64,000 bases of DNA from Chrysomallon squamiferum. Its lineage: Eukaryota; Animalia; Mollusca. Below, piece after piece: positions 29,096 to 50,087 of the stretch. The notes under the pieces are model-generated. The model saw nothing but the letters and a program-made list of their open reading frames with translations, made no database searches and was not told where the DNA came from. The first letter of the stretch is position 1; each line of letters starts with the position of its first letter. Made by a program: the position numbers and the translations under genes. The DNA lies in the NCBI GenBank assembly GCA_012295275.1, contig CM022667.1:11346001-11410000 (forward strand), given 5' to 3'.

Positions 29096-30080
29096 TGCTT
29101 TTGTTTTTCACACAAGGAAATCAAAACAATGTTATATATTTTAAAAACCCAGATGTTTGTAAAGTAATTAAAATATACAAATCCCACAGTAATAGCTAAT
29201 AATGCTGCTGCTGATACTACCACTACTACAACTGCCACTATTATTACTACTTCTGTTATTACAACAAAAACAACAACTACAATTCTACAACTATTTCTAC
29301 TACAACTGCTGCTATAAATAACAAGAAGAACCAGAATAGTATTAGCAGTATTGTCAGTTTACACTGTATTTAACAGTATAATAAATTATCAACATTTAAA
29401 TCTGCAGATCACTTTTGACAAGCATAAGGAGAGACAAATGCTAATTTCAGTAATCAAGCACTAAATACAGAACACTTATAGAATCTTAAATAAATAAATA
29501 AATAAATAAAATGGATATCGAGCAGAATACTTTGAAAGAACCCTTCAATAAAATGTTGTAGGATCCATACTCTTACAGACAAGAGTAATTTAACAAAAAA
29601 AAAAAAAAAAAAAAAAAACAGTGGTATATAATAATAATTACTCTGTCGTTCAGTTCTAAGCACTTCTGTGAATTATTTTGATAACAGGACACGAAGTCTG
29701 ATATTGAACAAAAAGAAGCTTTATGTTAACATTCTTACAATTCTTTGAAATGAGAATTATCAGAAAAGTACTAATTAATTAGGGTTCTGAAGTACTGACA
29801 AGGGGTCGTTTGACTGGTTATCTAATAATGATTATTATCACAGTATTATTATAAATCAACGTGTAGAATACACTAAATGAAAGTGTGTCTCTGAAACAAC
29901 GTAATGATTGTTTAAATATAAGTTCTGACTGTTTTTCAGTCTTACTACTGTTTTGTAGCTGCTTGCTAACTAATAAAATTTATTTAATAAAAAATAAAAA
30001 TAATAATAAAAAACATTACTATTTTGTGATTTCGTGAACGCCATGAATTCTTTTTTTTTTTTTTTTTTTTTCTTTACCGT

Positions 30081-30834
30081 TCATAAGACTATTTCACAAA
30101 TAATACGAGACTTGTATGTACATAGCACATCATACCATTGGCCGACTGAAGGTTCAAGAACGACGCAGTCTTTATTTTCATCACGTGAACTGCCAGGTTT
30201 CCACGACGTAAATTTAACTTTGTTTCCATTTTCCCAGATAAACTTTCCTTCGGTTTGTATATCAGTCAGTCCAATGTAAAAATCAGTGTCGAGCCCTGTG
30301 AATTGAAGAAGAGAAAATAAGTACATTTATTTCTACTACTACAGCAACAACGACTAATGTCCCTACAACAACAATAAAGACATAAATACCAACTACAATA
30401 AATGTTAATACAAATACTACAACAATTCCATTATTTGAATAACAATAACAAATACCTCTACTACATCAACCAAAACCAGTACGACAACAGCTAATGTCAA
30501 CACAACGTTAGCAGTTAATACCATTATTAGAAAATCTGAAACCATTGTCATTACGACTACAGTTACGTTACCGATATTATTACTAATTTTACCTTTACTT
30601 CAGTAAATGCTACTATTACTATTAATATAAAAACTACTACTGATACTATTCTGTTACTACCCCTGTTACTATTACTACCATTACTAACGCCAAATATGCA
30701 ACAAATACTATTACATATATGGTCACTATTATCACATTACTATTATTGCATGAGCTACATCTACTACATCTACAAATGCATTAATAACTACAGAAACGAC
30801 ACAACAACAACAACAACAACACAACAACAACAAC

Positions 30835-30886
<52 letters not shown>

Positions 30887-31202
30887 TAGTCCTATTGACA
30901 TTAGTTTGCGTTTCATAATAAGAAAATTAAATAGAAAAATTAAAAACACTTAACCGGTATAAATTGTTTTCACGTATTTACTGACTGCCGAGTTTTTTTC
31001 TTCTGTGTGTAAAACAATCAACCTTGAACCAAAAGATTTGCAAAAATCGTGCGCGTCCTGCCAGTTTTTCATCTTGTCAAAGATTCGGAAGCACAGTTTC
31101 ACATCTTCCAAGTAAACAAATCCAGATTCAGTTGGACAGGAACCTAGAGAACAATTGATACGAGACCCATTCACAAAAATTTGCAATGAAATGTTTTATC
31201 TT

Positions 31203-31235
<33 letters not shown>

Positions 31236-31310
31236 ACGATTCATTGGTTTGGTTGAACATTTCAAATCTGTATTAGTATTAGTATTAGGATTAGGATTAG
31301 GATTAGCAGT

Positions 31311-31342
<32 letters not shown>

Positions 31343-32235
31343 TAATAGTAATAAAAGAAGAAGAAGAAGGAGAATAGTGATAATGATAACAAATGGAAGA
31401 AAAACACTAAAACGTCAAACCCTCAGATAAAAAATGTGGTTGTGACGAAGATAACTACACTAAGAAAATAAAAGCTAAAATCAAAATGATGTAAACTAGA
31501 AATCGAAGAAAATAACGAAGAATAGGGAGAACCGTGAAGACTTAATATTCATGATGAGGATGAGGATGCTGTTGATTGTAATTGATAACAAAGACAACAA
31601 CAACAAAACAAAAAAATCACTAGAGGTAAAATTTACTTTGTATTACTGTTGATGTGATTTGGTTTAACATTTAAACGACGAGAAACTTTATGTAATTAGA
31701 AAACCGTTATTAATAATATTTCTAAAGTTATAAAACCTTTATCAAGGTAGAAATGTCGCCATCCTGGTGACGCTGAATCTGTTGGCAACATCGCCATCCT
31801 CCTGAAATGCAGACGACAAGTCCCGTCGTCGTTGTAAGAAAACGACTGACAGTAGAAATAATTGGCACATCTTAGTCCGCATTCTGTAAGACAGTCAATC
31901 CCAGAAAGCGTAGTTAAAACGAATCCTGAGATATTCACGTTGTCAGTTAAACGACTTCCCTTCCAGAACGAGCCTTCTCGTTTACAGCTGAAAATAATTT
32001 AAAAAATGAAAATACAATAAATGAAAACGAAAGAGAATTGCAATAATGAAATTGTGAATGTTCGTTCAAATTTGATTTTTTTTTTTTTTTTTTTTTAATG
32101 ATTTTCAACATGTTTTAAATAACTTTGAGAGACACACGTGAAAGTTTTGAGTGTGTCCGGTACGTACGTGTTTATAGCTGAAGTTACGGAAACAGAGAGC
32201 ATCCATATTGAAAAAATCATTGAGTATTTCTCCAT
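30081..32235 (-). CDS. Secreted PAN/Apple + C-type lectin-like protein (gene G, ~240 aa, no EPN)
   Basis: Exons 32235-32168 (MEKYSMIFSIWMLSVSVTSAIN), 31987-31737 (PAN: TECGLRCANYFYCQSFSYNDDGTCRLH), 31143-30955, 30295-30081 (SWKPGSSRDENKDC..GQWYDVLC..IICEI). GT-AG introns, 723 nt in frame. Paralog of gene B. Confidence 0.9.
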
Positions 32236-33080
32236 CTCTAATAAAATTACATCTGAACTGATCGATGGATTTTAGTAAACTGAAGACTCTTCAAATCGTC
32301 ATGGAATGATAAAACGATGCATTTTCGATTGCTATTGAAATAAACTGGAGTAATATGATACAGTATTTTTATTTATTTATGCCCTTTGAGTGTTATCGTT
32401 TTAAATCAACCAGTATAACAATGTATTGAGTAACATTCCTGTTTTCGCTTGAGTTGTTCTAATTAATTTCTCTTTTCGTTGGCTCTATTATTAATTGATG
32501 TTTTCAATTAGTATCTGATATACACAAAACACGATCAATTGGTGTTGTTTTACTTGATTTAACAAAGATTACTGAAATAGAATAAATAAAAATGCTAATA
32601 AAAAAAAAAAAATTAAATTTAAGAAAACAAAAGTGAAAAATAAAAATGTCAATAAATAATTAAAAACAGCTAAAAGCGAATAAATAAACAGGTAAATATG
32701 TAGGAAACAACAGTAACAACAGTAACAATAACAACAACAACAACAATAATAATAATGATAATGATAATAATAATAATATTAACAATAACAACAACAACAG
32801 CAATAATAATAATAATAATAATAACAGAGAAGAAGACACAGAAATAAGAAGAGTTTTATTTAACACATTATAACATTTAAAAAAAAAATGCGAATATCAT
32901 TAATAGTTGTAACAAAACAATAATAATAAATTAGTACACTTTTGAACTCCGTCTTTCTCTTTGAAATAATATCTTGCGTCGATTAGGCATTCTATAGTAA
33001 ACCGCACATTTCTCTTTTTCTTTTCTTTTTTTTCTTCTTTTTTTTTACTTCGATTTAAATGTATTAATTTATTTACTTAT

Positions 33081-33120
<40 letters not shown>

Positions 33121-33689
33121 TTAGATAGATAGATTTATATACATATTTGTTTCTGCTCAGCAATGACACGAACATTCCTGTGGGAAAATGAATACCAGTG
33201 ATTAAAATACTGATAGAAATTCAGACATGAAAACATATTCGTTTTAATCAATCAGTTTTTCATTGTGATGAATCGTGTCTTTACGGAGACCAGTCATCAG
33301 TCAGACGATTATATCGATTATGTAAATCTAACAATACAATACTCACTGATTTTATTTTATTCTAAACTGTAGAACAGACTACGAGTTCATTGACACCGTA
33401 CAAAATGTTTAATTTCGTATTATAAATATATTATCGTTCTTCCTTTCTTGCTTTTTGTTTTAAATTTTGTTATTAGAAAGACCACAGCTTAGTATCAATT
33501 ATTAATTATTAATTTACTCGAGTCCACATAGTTCAGAAAGAGGTTTTTAATGTAGCGTTTGTGACTGTATATATATATATATATATTATATACGATTCTC
33601 TTTAAATTTTACTATTTTTATTTCAGACACTAACATCGTGCGTGTACCTTCTCTGTTCTCTTTCATTAACTTGATTGTTATATGAGCTC

Positions 33690-34020
33690 ATATTTATGGG
33701 GATGATTTGTAGAAAACAGTTTATAAAGGTAAATATGTGGGTATATTATGAGACAGTAAATAGCGGAGTTTACAAGTAACGATCTCTGTAATAATGGAAT
33801 GTTATTCTATTCTGTTTTCAGTTTTTGTTTTGTCGCAGTCATATATGTATTAATATACCGTTCTGTTTGATCTCAAACCTATATCATAAACCTTTTCTTA
33901 TGTTTTTATCAGAAAATGTTATTCATCAATAATTTATATTCTCTAATGCTTTAGTAATGTTTATCTTTAGTTTACATCTAACATTGAATGTAATATTTTA
34001 TTATTTGACATATACGACAT
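33690..34020 (+). pseudogene. Orphan promoter + signal exon relic (inverted relative to gene H)
   Basis: TATAAA block, then ATG at 33794 (MECYSILFSVFVLSQSYMY*). Downstream sequence matches the reverse complement of 27765-27975. No PAN exon follows. Confidence 0.7.
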
Positions 34021-34092
34021 TTAAATATTAGGAATGGTTTGCGTGCATGAAAGTATGTGTCTGTGTGTGTGTGTGTGTGTGTTTGTGTATAC

Positions 34093-34125
<33 letters not shown>

Positions 34126-35453
34126 CTGAAGGAATTAATGCGATATTCAGTCCGTAGTATTACAAGTAATAATCAAATTTAACTCTAAATAATCTGTAAT
34201 CACGTTATTTTTATATCTGCTTTTTTTGTTCTTTTCTTTTTTGTGTGTGTGTGTTTTCAATTTATATTCGGCATACCTGTTTCTCTGGTGTACTTCTGTT
34301 TATGTGTTTATCGTGTATATATATATATATATATATATTAATTTATATATTATTATTAAATATATATTATTTTTGTTCTTTCTAGTTAGCTTATTTTTTT
34401 ATTATTTGTATTTGTATCTTTGTTTATTTACTCATTCTTTTATTTTATTTTATTTACCTGATTTCATAAATTTTATTGTTTTTGCTATTTTTCTCTTCTT
34501 TTTTTTTTCCCCTTTTATTTATTACTTATTGATTAATCCAGTTATTCATTCAGCAAAAACACAAAACATAATCTGTTATAAAAACCCCACAAAAAACAAC
34601 AACAAAAAAAAAAACATCAAACAACTGAACACAATCAGTGCACGAAAGTTACACCAACAAATATTCTGTATTTATAGCTGTTCGAAATTTGTTTTATGTA
34701 TGTTAACGAATTTTATCAAATAAAGTGTCGGGTGACAGAAACAGAGAGAGACAGACAATGTGATGTCGAAACAAAAATACATAACTACACACGGATATAC
34801 TTACTGACTGATGGATTGACTAATAGAAAGAGAGGGATGTGACAAAAAAATAGAAACAGAGGAATATACAATAAGTATCAGATGTGTTGACTCATTTCAC
34901 TGGCAAGTACAAACAATAATATAAAATAAATGAGAAACAAACACGCAAAGGCAACAAACACAGCAACAACAGCAGCAACAGTAACAACAACAACAACAAC
35001 AACAAAACAAACAATGAAACGGACAGACAGACAGACAGACAATCATGCAGACAGTAATAAAATAGATTACTAAAAACATTCCTGATAATAAAACGAACTG
35101 CAGCCAAAAAATGGTATTATTAATTTTATTCTGTACCATTCACATTAAAGAAAGGAAGCAATTTGTTAATCGTCATCATAAAAAAAAACGTTCTATGAAA
35201 GAAATAAAGACAATAACAAAAAAAAAGTTTAAAAAAATATCAGTTCTAAAGTATTATTAAAATTAGCGATCATTTTTTTCTCTTGTAAAAATTCCATATT
35301 GATTAGATTTTCGCTGAAGAGAAGGTTAAAAAGTGTTAACAAAAACGTACATTGACAGCAATCATTGGTTAAAGAACAGTAAAAAAAAATATTTAACGAT
35401 TTGGTAAACGTGTTAAATACGTGTGGTCAGAGACAGACTGCAAGTTAGATAGT

Positions 35454-35546
<93 letters not shown>

Positions 35547-35640
35547 AAAAATAATTATAATTATAATAATAACAACAACAACAACAATAATAATAGTAGT
35601 AATAGTACTAATTGTAGTAGTAATAATAATGACAATACTT

Positions 35641-35675
<35 letters not shown>

Positions 35676-35727
35676 CATCATCAACATCATCATTACAGCA
35701 ACAGTGATATCTTGAAATAACTTATAA

Positions 35728-35973
35728 TCAGACTGGTATTTCGCAGATATATTTCAATGACTTTGTGCATCTGCAATCGGTCCACTGTCCATACTTAGAT
35801 ACCAGCAAAACACAGTCCTCTTTTCCATTGTCATTGTTTGGCTCCCCATAATGCCAGTTAGAGAAAATGAGATTATTTCCATTTTCCCAGACAAACACGC
35901 CTTCATTTTTCTCATCCGTCAAACCAATAGCTATTTCAGTATTCCCTGAGTAAAAGTATGATATTGGTTAGAA

Positions 35974-36051
<78 letters not shown>

Positions 36052-36075
36052 TATGCATATATGTATGTATGTATC

Positions 36076-36151
<76 letters not shown>

Positions 36152-36451
36152 CACACACATACACACACACACAGACACACACGCACACAGGTACCGAACC
36201 AGTTATCCGGCATCCAGAAAACCGGATGTTTTTTCCAGACGCTATTTTTGTAGTTCGCGCGCGCGGGTGTTTTCCTAACCAGACCAGAACTACTCTTTCA
36301 AGCCGCGTGGCGTTCATTCACTCGCCGAATTGTTTACGTGTATCGTCAATTTTCTTTATGTTTTTAATTTTAAAACATTTATGGCTAACTGTTTACGTAT
36401 TTAGATGCCAGAAATCAGGCCCCAAGGAGTCCGAATAATTGGTCCGATACC

Positions 36452-36505
<54 letters not shown>

Positions 36506-36513
36506 GAGAGAGA

Positions 36514-36611
<98 letters not shown>

Positions 36612-37500
36612 TGGATAGATGGTTCAATATAGACATATTTTTTTTTTTTCATACAAATATTTAAGAGTAAACTAAAATAAATATGTTTTTCACATACCTG
36701 TATCACTAATGTCATCGACAATGGATCTCAGATAATTGGTGACTGCTGAATTCTTCTCCTCTGTGTCCACAACAATCAGTCGAGAACCAATCTTAGTGCA
36801 GTCCTCTCGAGCTTGCTTCCACTGCTGAAGTGTTGTGGACATTTTCAAACACAGAGCAACATCTCGTAGTAGAAAGAAACCATCTCGAGTTGGACAGTCA
36901 CCTACAATAAGAGTTTACCCGATGCAAAAAGACCTTTGAAACTTCCTTCTCGGAATCATTAATGGTTTCGTTTTTATTACTGTTTTCAGTGATAAATGGA
37001 TACATTGGCATAACATTGATCATTGGCATTATATATATATATATATCAGACAAATAAAACAAGTACTAATTATATTCATTTACCTAAACCAATTGAGTAA
37101 TGGTGACTGCCTGTTGAAGTCACAGATTTATGAATCTCGATCCGTTTCACTGAGTAAAGCTTGCAAGTTCGCTCCTCACTGTTGTACGAAACTGACAGAC
37201 ATTTTTCCTTATTTACACAGTGCATGATACACTGAGATACCACTGTGACGTCATCTATGGATTCGATGACGTTTTCCGTCATTGTGACGTCGTCAGACTC
37301 TGAGTTTTTATTCCAACGAAACTGTTTAGAGTTCAGGCTAAAAACAAGATTACAGAAATCAGTCAATAAAAGGCAGTTTATGACGATGAAAAAGTTTAAA
37401 TCACACATTTATAATCAAACAGAAAAATATTTTTTTATAGATACCTGATTGCCGCAGAGATAAAACATAAAACAAGAAACAGAACAGAATAACATTTCAT
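35728..37500 (-). CDS. Secreted PAN/Apple + C-type lectin protein (gene H, ~243 aa, EPN/WTD)
   Basis: Exons 37500-37445 (MKCYSVLFLVLCFISAAI), 37337-37084 (PAN), 36901-36698, 35945-35728 (NWHYGEPNNDNGKEDC..GQWTDCRC..YICEI). GT-AG introns, 732 nt in frame. Confidence 0.92.
36188..36453. mobile_element. MITE / non-autonomous DNA transposon in intron 3 of gene H
   Basis: Imperfect terminal inverted repeats CAGGTACCGAACCAGTTATCCGG ... CCGAATAATTGGTCCGATACCTG. 266 bp, no transposase, embedded in microsatellite. Confidence 0.75.
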
Positions 37501-37788
37501 GATTATAGAGACTGTTACTTGTAAACTCCGCTGTTTACTGTCTTACAACGTACCCAGACGTTACCTTTATAAAACTGTTTTCTACATATTATCCTTGCGA
37601 ATATAAGCACATATGATAATGAAGTTGCCTAATGACAAATAAATTGATCAGTTGAGTGAATGGAGGAACTTAATAAATATGCATGATGACTGTGTCTGAA
37701 GTAAAAAAAAATCTAAATTTGGAGAAAATCAGATAATTTGAGTCGAATACATTAATAATTAAAAAATAAAGGTTTAATAGAATAATTG

Positions 37789-37819
<31 letters not shown>

Positions 37820-38598
37820 CAGTGATTTATTTATTTATTTTTATTTATTTATTTATTTATGTATGTATTTATTATTTATTTTTATTTTTTTATTTTTTTA
37901 TTTTTTTATTTTTTTTTTTTTTATTTATTAGTTTTGTGAAGAAAGTTAATAAATATTAATAATGAATAGTTACTCTGATGGATCGCTGGGTTCATTCTGA
38001 TAAAAAGTAATAATAATAATGCAATATTAATTATAACACTATAACAGTAAACACAAAACAAAACTAGCCGTTTCGTTCGGTGTCCGTTTTGCAGTCTGCA
38101 AAAGTAAAAATCAATCAGTATTTTACAGTTAGATTTATGTGATCAATATTCTCTTTTGTACTGATGTCTGTAAAATTAAGAATCATGACCATAAATGGAG
38201 GTGCATTGGAAAGGAAGAAAAATAAAATTAATGTTCAAGTTGTTGTTTGGTTTTTTTTTTTTTTTTTTTTTCTCTAAAGTTAATTGAACATTGTCTGTAC
38301 GTACGTAGTTATTTATGTGTGAGTGTGTGTGCGTGTAAGCAGGCGTGTCATGTTCTTATTTTTATTTATGTAGATTTTGTCTGTCAGCCTTAATTTGTTT
38401 TGTGTGTGTCTGGGTGTGTCTGTTTTGTTTTTCTTTGTGTGTTTATTTTGTTGTTGTTTGTTTTGTTTCATTTTTTTCTTCTTTGCTTGGGTATTTTGTG
38501 GGGATTATTGTATTTATTTGTCTTCTTTTTTCTTTTTTTTTGTATATTTGTTCGTTTATTTAACTTTTTCAATTTTAATTTATCTATTTTCATATTTT

Positions 38599-38629
<31 letters not shown>

Positions 38630-38844
38630 TATTCCTTGTTTATTTGTTTGTTTGTTTGTTGATTTAGCTTTTATTTCAGTGTTTCAGTGGGCTTCAACTT
38701 TTCACTAATATTATTTTGGTTGTTATTTGTTATAATTATTTATCGTTTTCTGTGTTCGTTTTATTTTTATTTTATTCATGACTATGTTTTAATATTAAAT
38801 TAATAATAGCAAACAAATATAGTACAATAATAATAGCAATAAAT

Positions 38845-38900
<56 letters not shown>

Positions 38901-38959
38901 CATCATCATCATCATCATCATCATCACAACAAAACTGTGAATGTTTCCTGTACTCTATT

Positions 38960-39152
38960 TCAAGTATAGAGACGTATTTTATAATCGTTCCAGAGTTTTT
39001 CCCTGGATATCAGAAACACACAGTTCTCATTTCCATAGGCATTGTTTGTCTCTATACGCTGCCAGTAAACAAAAGTGAGCTTATTTCCATTTTCACACAC
39101 AAGCGCACCTTCATTTTTTTCTCAACCTTCAAACCAACAGCAATTAATTCGT
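38960..39152 (-). pseudogene. Decayed CTL terminal exon
   Basis: After ttattcag: ELIAVGLKVEK(frameshift)NEGALVCENGNKLTFVYWQRIETNNAYGNENCVFLISREKLWNDYK. Promoter remnant at ~39280-39345. Resembles the relic at 10367. Confidence 0.8.
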
Positions 39153-39536
39153 CTGAATAAAAGCAATGTATGTCCATGTATCTGTTTATCTGTCTGTCTA
39201 TCTATCTTTCTATATATAGTGCATTATGCACTCATTTACTATTATGACGTTATCTACAGAAACAGTTAAAGAGATCGTTATTCAGAAACTCCGCTCTTTA
39301 TTAACTGGCAAAATACCCAGACGTTATGCTTGTAAACAGATGTCGATAAGTTTTCCCGTAGATATTTAAGTACGCTGGACTAGAATAAATCAATAATTAA
39401 TCACATAAAAGGAAAATGAAATCAATAGTGATAACTGATATTTTATTTATTTTCAATCAATGGAACGTTCATCTAGTATTTCGCTGGTCTCATTCTTGTA
39501 AACAGTCAAAACAAAACAAAAAAAAAAAAAAAAGAG

Positions 39537-39614
<78 letters not shown>

Positions 39615-39631
39615 CAGATAGACAGAGATTT

Positions 39632-39687
<56 letters not shown>

Positions 39688-40113
39688 CATAGATATGTAA
39701 GGAAAGAAAGAACAAGATAATAATAATAATAATAACAATAAACAGAAAGCAAAATGAACAATTTTATACGTAGTCAATTGTATTGTTAGATTTACATAAT
39801 CAGTATCCTTGTCTGATTGATTTCCGAAAAAGTACGGTTAATGCATTTTCATTAACACCAAGAATAATATCTGAAATAAATCAATATTTTAATTATACTT
39901 ATAGCATTTGCCTCGACAGTTTATGTAACACTGCTAAGAAAAGCTGCAACAAATGAAACTACCACTACTACTGCTGTTGTTGCTATTACTACTACTACTA
40001 CTACATCTACTACTACAAATAATAATAAAACAGATACATACATACATACATATATACACACTTATATACACACATAATTACATACATACACATACATGAT
40101 CGGTTCTATACTG

Positions 40114-40180
<67 letters not shown>

Positions 40181-40569
40181 ATCAGGAGCGATTTAGAAAT
40201 CAGCTTAGGGAGAAAAAAAAATCAAAGTATAACTGGTTAATAAACTTGAAAATGAAAAGAAAACAAATATGTGATTAAGTATAGAATAGCTAAATCGACA
40301 GAAAATACGATTTCAAGAAACAAAATGGAGTTGAAAACTGTACTAATTTATTATTATTCTTTAATTACAAGTATTAATGACATTCATATTTAAATGTACA
40401 TTTATACACCTTTATTTTCTCACATTCTTATATCTTTCATTGTTATATGGAAATATGTTAGAGCCTGAAAAGTATTATCGTTATTTACATATACATTTTT
40501 TTTAATGTATGCTGTAATGAACGGGTTTTTTTTTTCTTTCATTATTGTTGTCGTTTAATATTATTGTTG

Positions 40570-40600
<31 letters not shown>

Positions 40601-40837
40601 AATTATTATTATTATTATTATTATTATTAAACATATTTATATTTTTTAAATGAAGTAGATATCATTTTTTTTTTTTTTTTTGTATAATGTTTCTAATAAT
40701 ATTTTATATCCTATGCATAAACATTCTCTAGTCAAGCTAAATGACTATACATTTTTGTCGTTTAACATTAAAGTGAAAAAAAAAAAAATAAACTGTACAT
40801 AACATTGTATAGGGAGTAAAAATAATCTAGCACTACG

Positions 40838-46269
<5,432 letters not shown>

Positions 46270-46791
46270 TCCTTTTAAATACGAGTTGCAACATGCTACC
46301 GTATACCAATAAAGGGAGAAAACTGTTGTAAACCTAAAATTTCATTCATTCTAAGAAAAAAACCTACAGTCCGACAGCGTTATTTGTATATCTATGACGT
46401 ATCTGCTATTATGACGTCACCTAGAACAAATTTGTCTATCTAGTGGAATTATTAGCTTAAAAGTTAGTACTGTATTACTTTCGTTTATTATTTATAATTT
46501 TCGAAATGTTTTTATTTTTTTTTTTTTTTTATTTTTTTTTTTTTTTTTTTTTCCTTTTTTCCCTTTTTCTATTTTGTTTATTATAGTATTACTACTATCG
46601 TCATTATGATTTACAACTATTAGTAAAAATATGTTAACAACAGTAGACGGTTATTGTTAATCTAATAATGTTTGTTCTTGTTATTGTAAATGTTGTTTCG
46701 TCCTATTCTTTGTTCGTTTGTTTGTTTTCATGTTTAGATTTTTTTAATGACTAAATTTTACTTACTTGCTTACTTAATAATAAGATAATTA

Positions 46792-46910
<119 letters not shown>

Positions 46911-47256
46911 CTCCTTCTTCATCCTAAACACCAGCCTTCATAACTAAGGTCGAACACAGTAACTAAGCAATACAACATTCATTCATTCACTATCTAGCCG
47001 CTACTGCTTTCCTCATGGTAGTCATTATTTTAGCGCGCGTGTGGTATCTTGCTAGCACTTGTCACTACTAATCTTAAAGAGCAAAAGTGTTTCTAGTAAT
47101 TGAAACAAATATACGTAGAATGGAACATCGTAGAAATGTACTGGCAGAAAACACCGGGTGTTGATAGGTAAATAGTATTTGTATTTTGTAGCTCAATATG
47201 CGAAGAGTTATAACTGAAAGTGGCATGGGCTGAGTTAGACCGACCGAGAGAGAGAC

Positions 47257-47385
<129 letters not shown>

Positions 47386-47713
47386 GTATTTCCTTGTGTT
47401 CGTGCACTTGTGTGCTTGATAAGAGAGGGTAGAAGCGCACATGGAAAATCGCAGACATTAGATAAAACTATATTTTTTTATTATAAATTATTTTCTTTGA
47501 TAAGTCGTTCTCTAGAAACCACTTACAGATGCCAACAACTTTCACGTTTTGGTGATTTTAATTCTAATTTATTAAGTAGTAGAAAGAAAAATAACAGAAA
47601 AACAAGTGCGTAAATATTCTCAGATTGTGTTATCTTTATAAATATATCTGTTTTAAGATTGGGAATTCACTATATTAGTGTTGTTGTTGTTGTAATTATG
47701 GTTATCATTATAA

Positions 47714-47744
<31 letters not shown>

Positions 47745-47764
47745 AATTATTATTATTATTATCA

Positions 47765-47832
<68 letters not shown>

Positions 47833-49059
47833 GATATTGATGCCGACTAAACACCTGTAGCAATTAAATAATATTCATTTTCGCATACACAGACACGCAA
47901 CATACACACGCACAAAAAATACATACTCTAAAAACATAAGAAGAACACAACACAAATTATAATAGTAATATTCAAAAATAATAATAAAATAAAATAAAAG
48001 TAAAATAACATAAAATAAAATAAAATAAAACAAAGCCCAAAAGAAATTAAAACAGGTTTTAAAATCCATACGCATTTTTTTACCATCTCATTTACTATCA
48101 GAATTAGCGGTAAAGAAAACAATATCTGTTAACATCTGTCTATGGTCGGTATATGAAAACATATTTACGAGTCCTGCTTTGAAAAACAGAATCATAAAAT
48201 GTGCCCGCAGCTGTATATTTTGGGTCACGAAATATATACATATGGGCAATAAAAATAAGTCAAAAAAAAATCTTTGAAGATTAAATGCAAATGTTTAATA
48301 TAGAACTGCTTCCTTCAGAGCTAGGGGTGGGGATATAAAATGTTTTAAGATTTTCTTATAGTTCAAATAATTTTGATTGAATTTATGAACGGGTTGTTAT
48401 TGGTTGTATTTTAAGAGGAGTACATAAGCATATGTTTTAGTGCTTGGCGAATTAGCAAAAGTAATACAGTATGTGTTTTTCTAGTAGTTTATTTGTTACT
48501 ATATTTCATGTATCGTCGTTGTGGTAGTGATGTTAGTAGTGATAATAAAAGCAGAGGTAAACAGTCGTATTTTCAGTGTGTATTGTGATGGTTTTTGGTA
48601 GTAGTCGTAAATAGATAGTAATGGTAGTGATGGTGGTAATAGTAGTAATTATAGTATTATTAGCAGTGAGGTACTCGTAGTTGTAATAGTAATAGTAGTT
48701 GTAGTAATAATAGTAGTAGTAGCTGTATCAGTGGTACTAGTAGCAGTAGTAATAGTAGAAGTATTAGTAATAGTAGTATTAATAGTAGTTGTAATAGTAG
48801 TAGTATTAATAGTAATAGTCATCTAATAAGAAACTAACGGTCTAGTTATTTTTGCTGTTTTTGTAATTTTAGAAATAAAGCAATAATAGAAGTAATAGAA
48901 GTAGTTACAACAACAACAACAACAGCAACAACAATAACAACAACAACAACAACAATAATAATAATAATAGAAGCAGTAGTAATAGATGTAGTAGAAGTAG
49001 CAGCAGTAATAATAGTAATAACATCAACATATCAGACGAAGGGGAAATAACTCCTCATT

Positions 49060-49093
<34 letters not shown>

Positions 49094-49565
49094 TATCTTT
49101 TTATTCATTTTTTTCTTTTTCTTTCTTTTTTTCTTATATCGTATCAAACCACATGACGAATTAAATACCAGAACATGCAATGTTTTTTTTTCTGAAAATT
49201 ACTTACACATTAACGTAACGAACGATAAGATAGTCTAATACGTATTTGAAAGTCTCAGACCCCGTGTTTCTTTTTTTTTTTTTTTGTACAGCTAACTCGA
49301 ACAGAGGCAAGGAGTCCGTTAACGAAAGATTCGCATCGCGTTACGACTGTTTTCAATTATAAACAAACAGTTGCTCTCCTTATCTGTCCGCCGTCATCTG
49401 AACACCAGACACACGCACTGTCGTAAATTAAAGGCACATTTGCACAAGCCGGGTAGAGATTAACTAAATGGTGCAGAAAATACGCAAATATTTAGGGTTC
49501 GTGTTTTTCGAGGTATGGGATTTTCAAGATGTGGTGGAAAAATAACGTCAAAAATCAAGCAAAGC

Positions 49566-49600
<35 letters not shown>

Positions 49601-49810
49601 TCTTGATTAATTTTTGATTAATTTCTCTCGCCAGAGCTTCTGTTGCTGTTTGGTTTTGTTGATGTGTTTGTGTTTGGATGTTTTTACGTTTATTTCGTTA
49701 ATCTGTAGATAATACAGATAGATAGCTGTTTACCTATGTATGTGTTTATGTATGTATATGTTTACCTGTGTGTGTGGGTGTGTGTCCATCCATAAATAAT
49801 AAAACAATAA

Positions 49811-49868
<58 letters not shown>

Positions 49869-49980
49869 TTAATAACGCTCACAAAAACATATATATTTTA
49901 ACCTTATTACAAGCATTTTATTCAGAACAAAAAAATATCTGTTTCTGTATTTTATTAAATAATCAATCGCATGCATTTAT

Positions 49981-50087
<107 letters not shown>

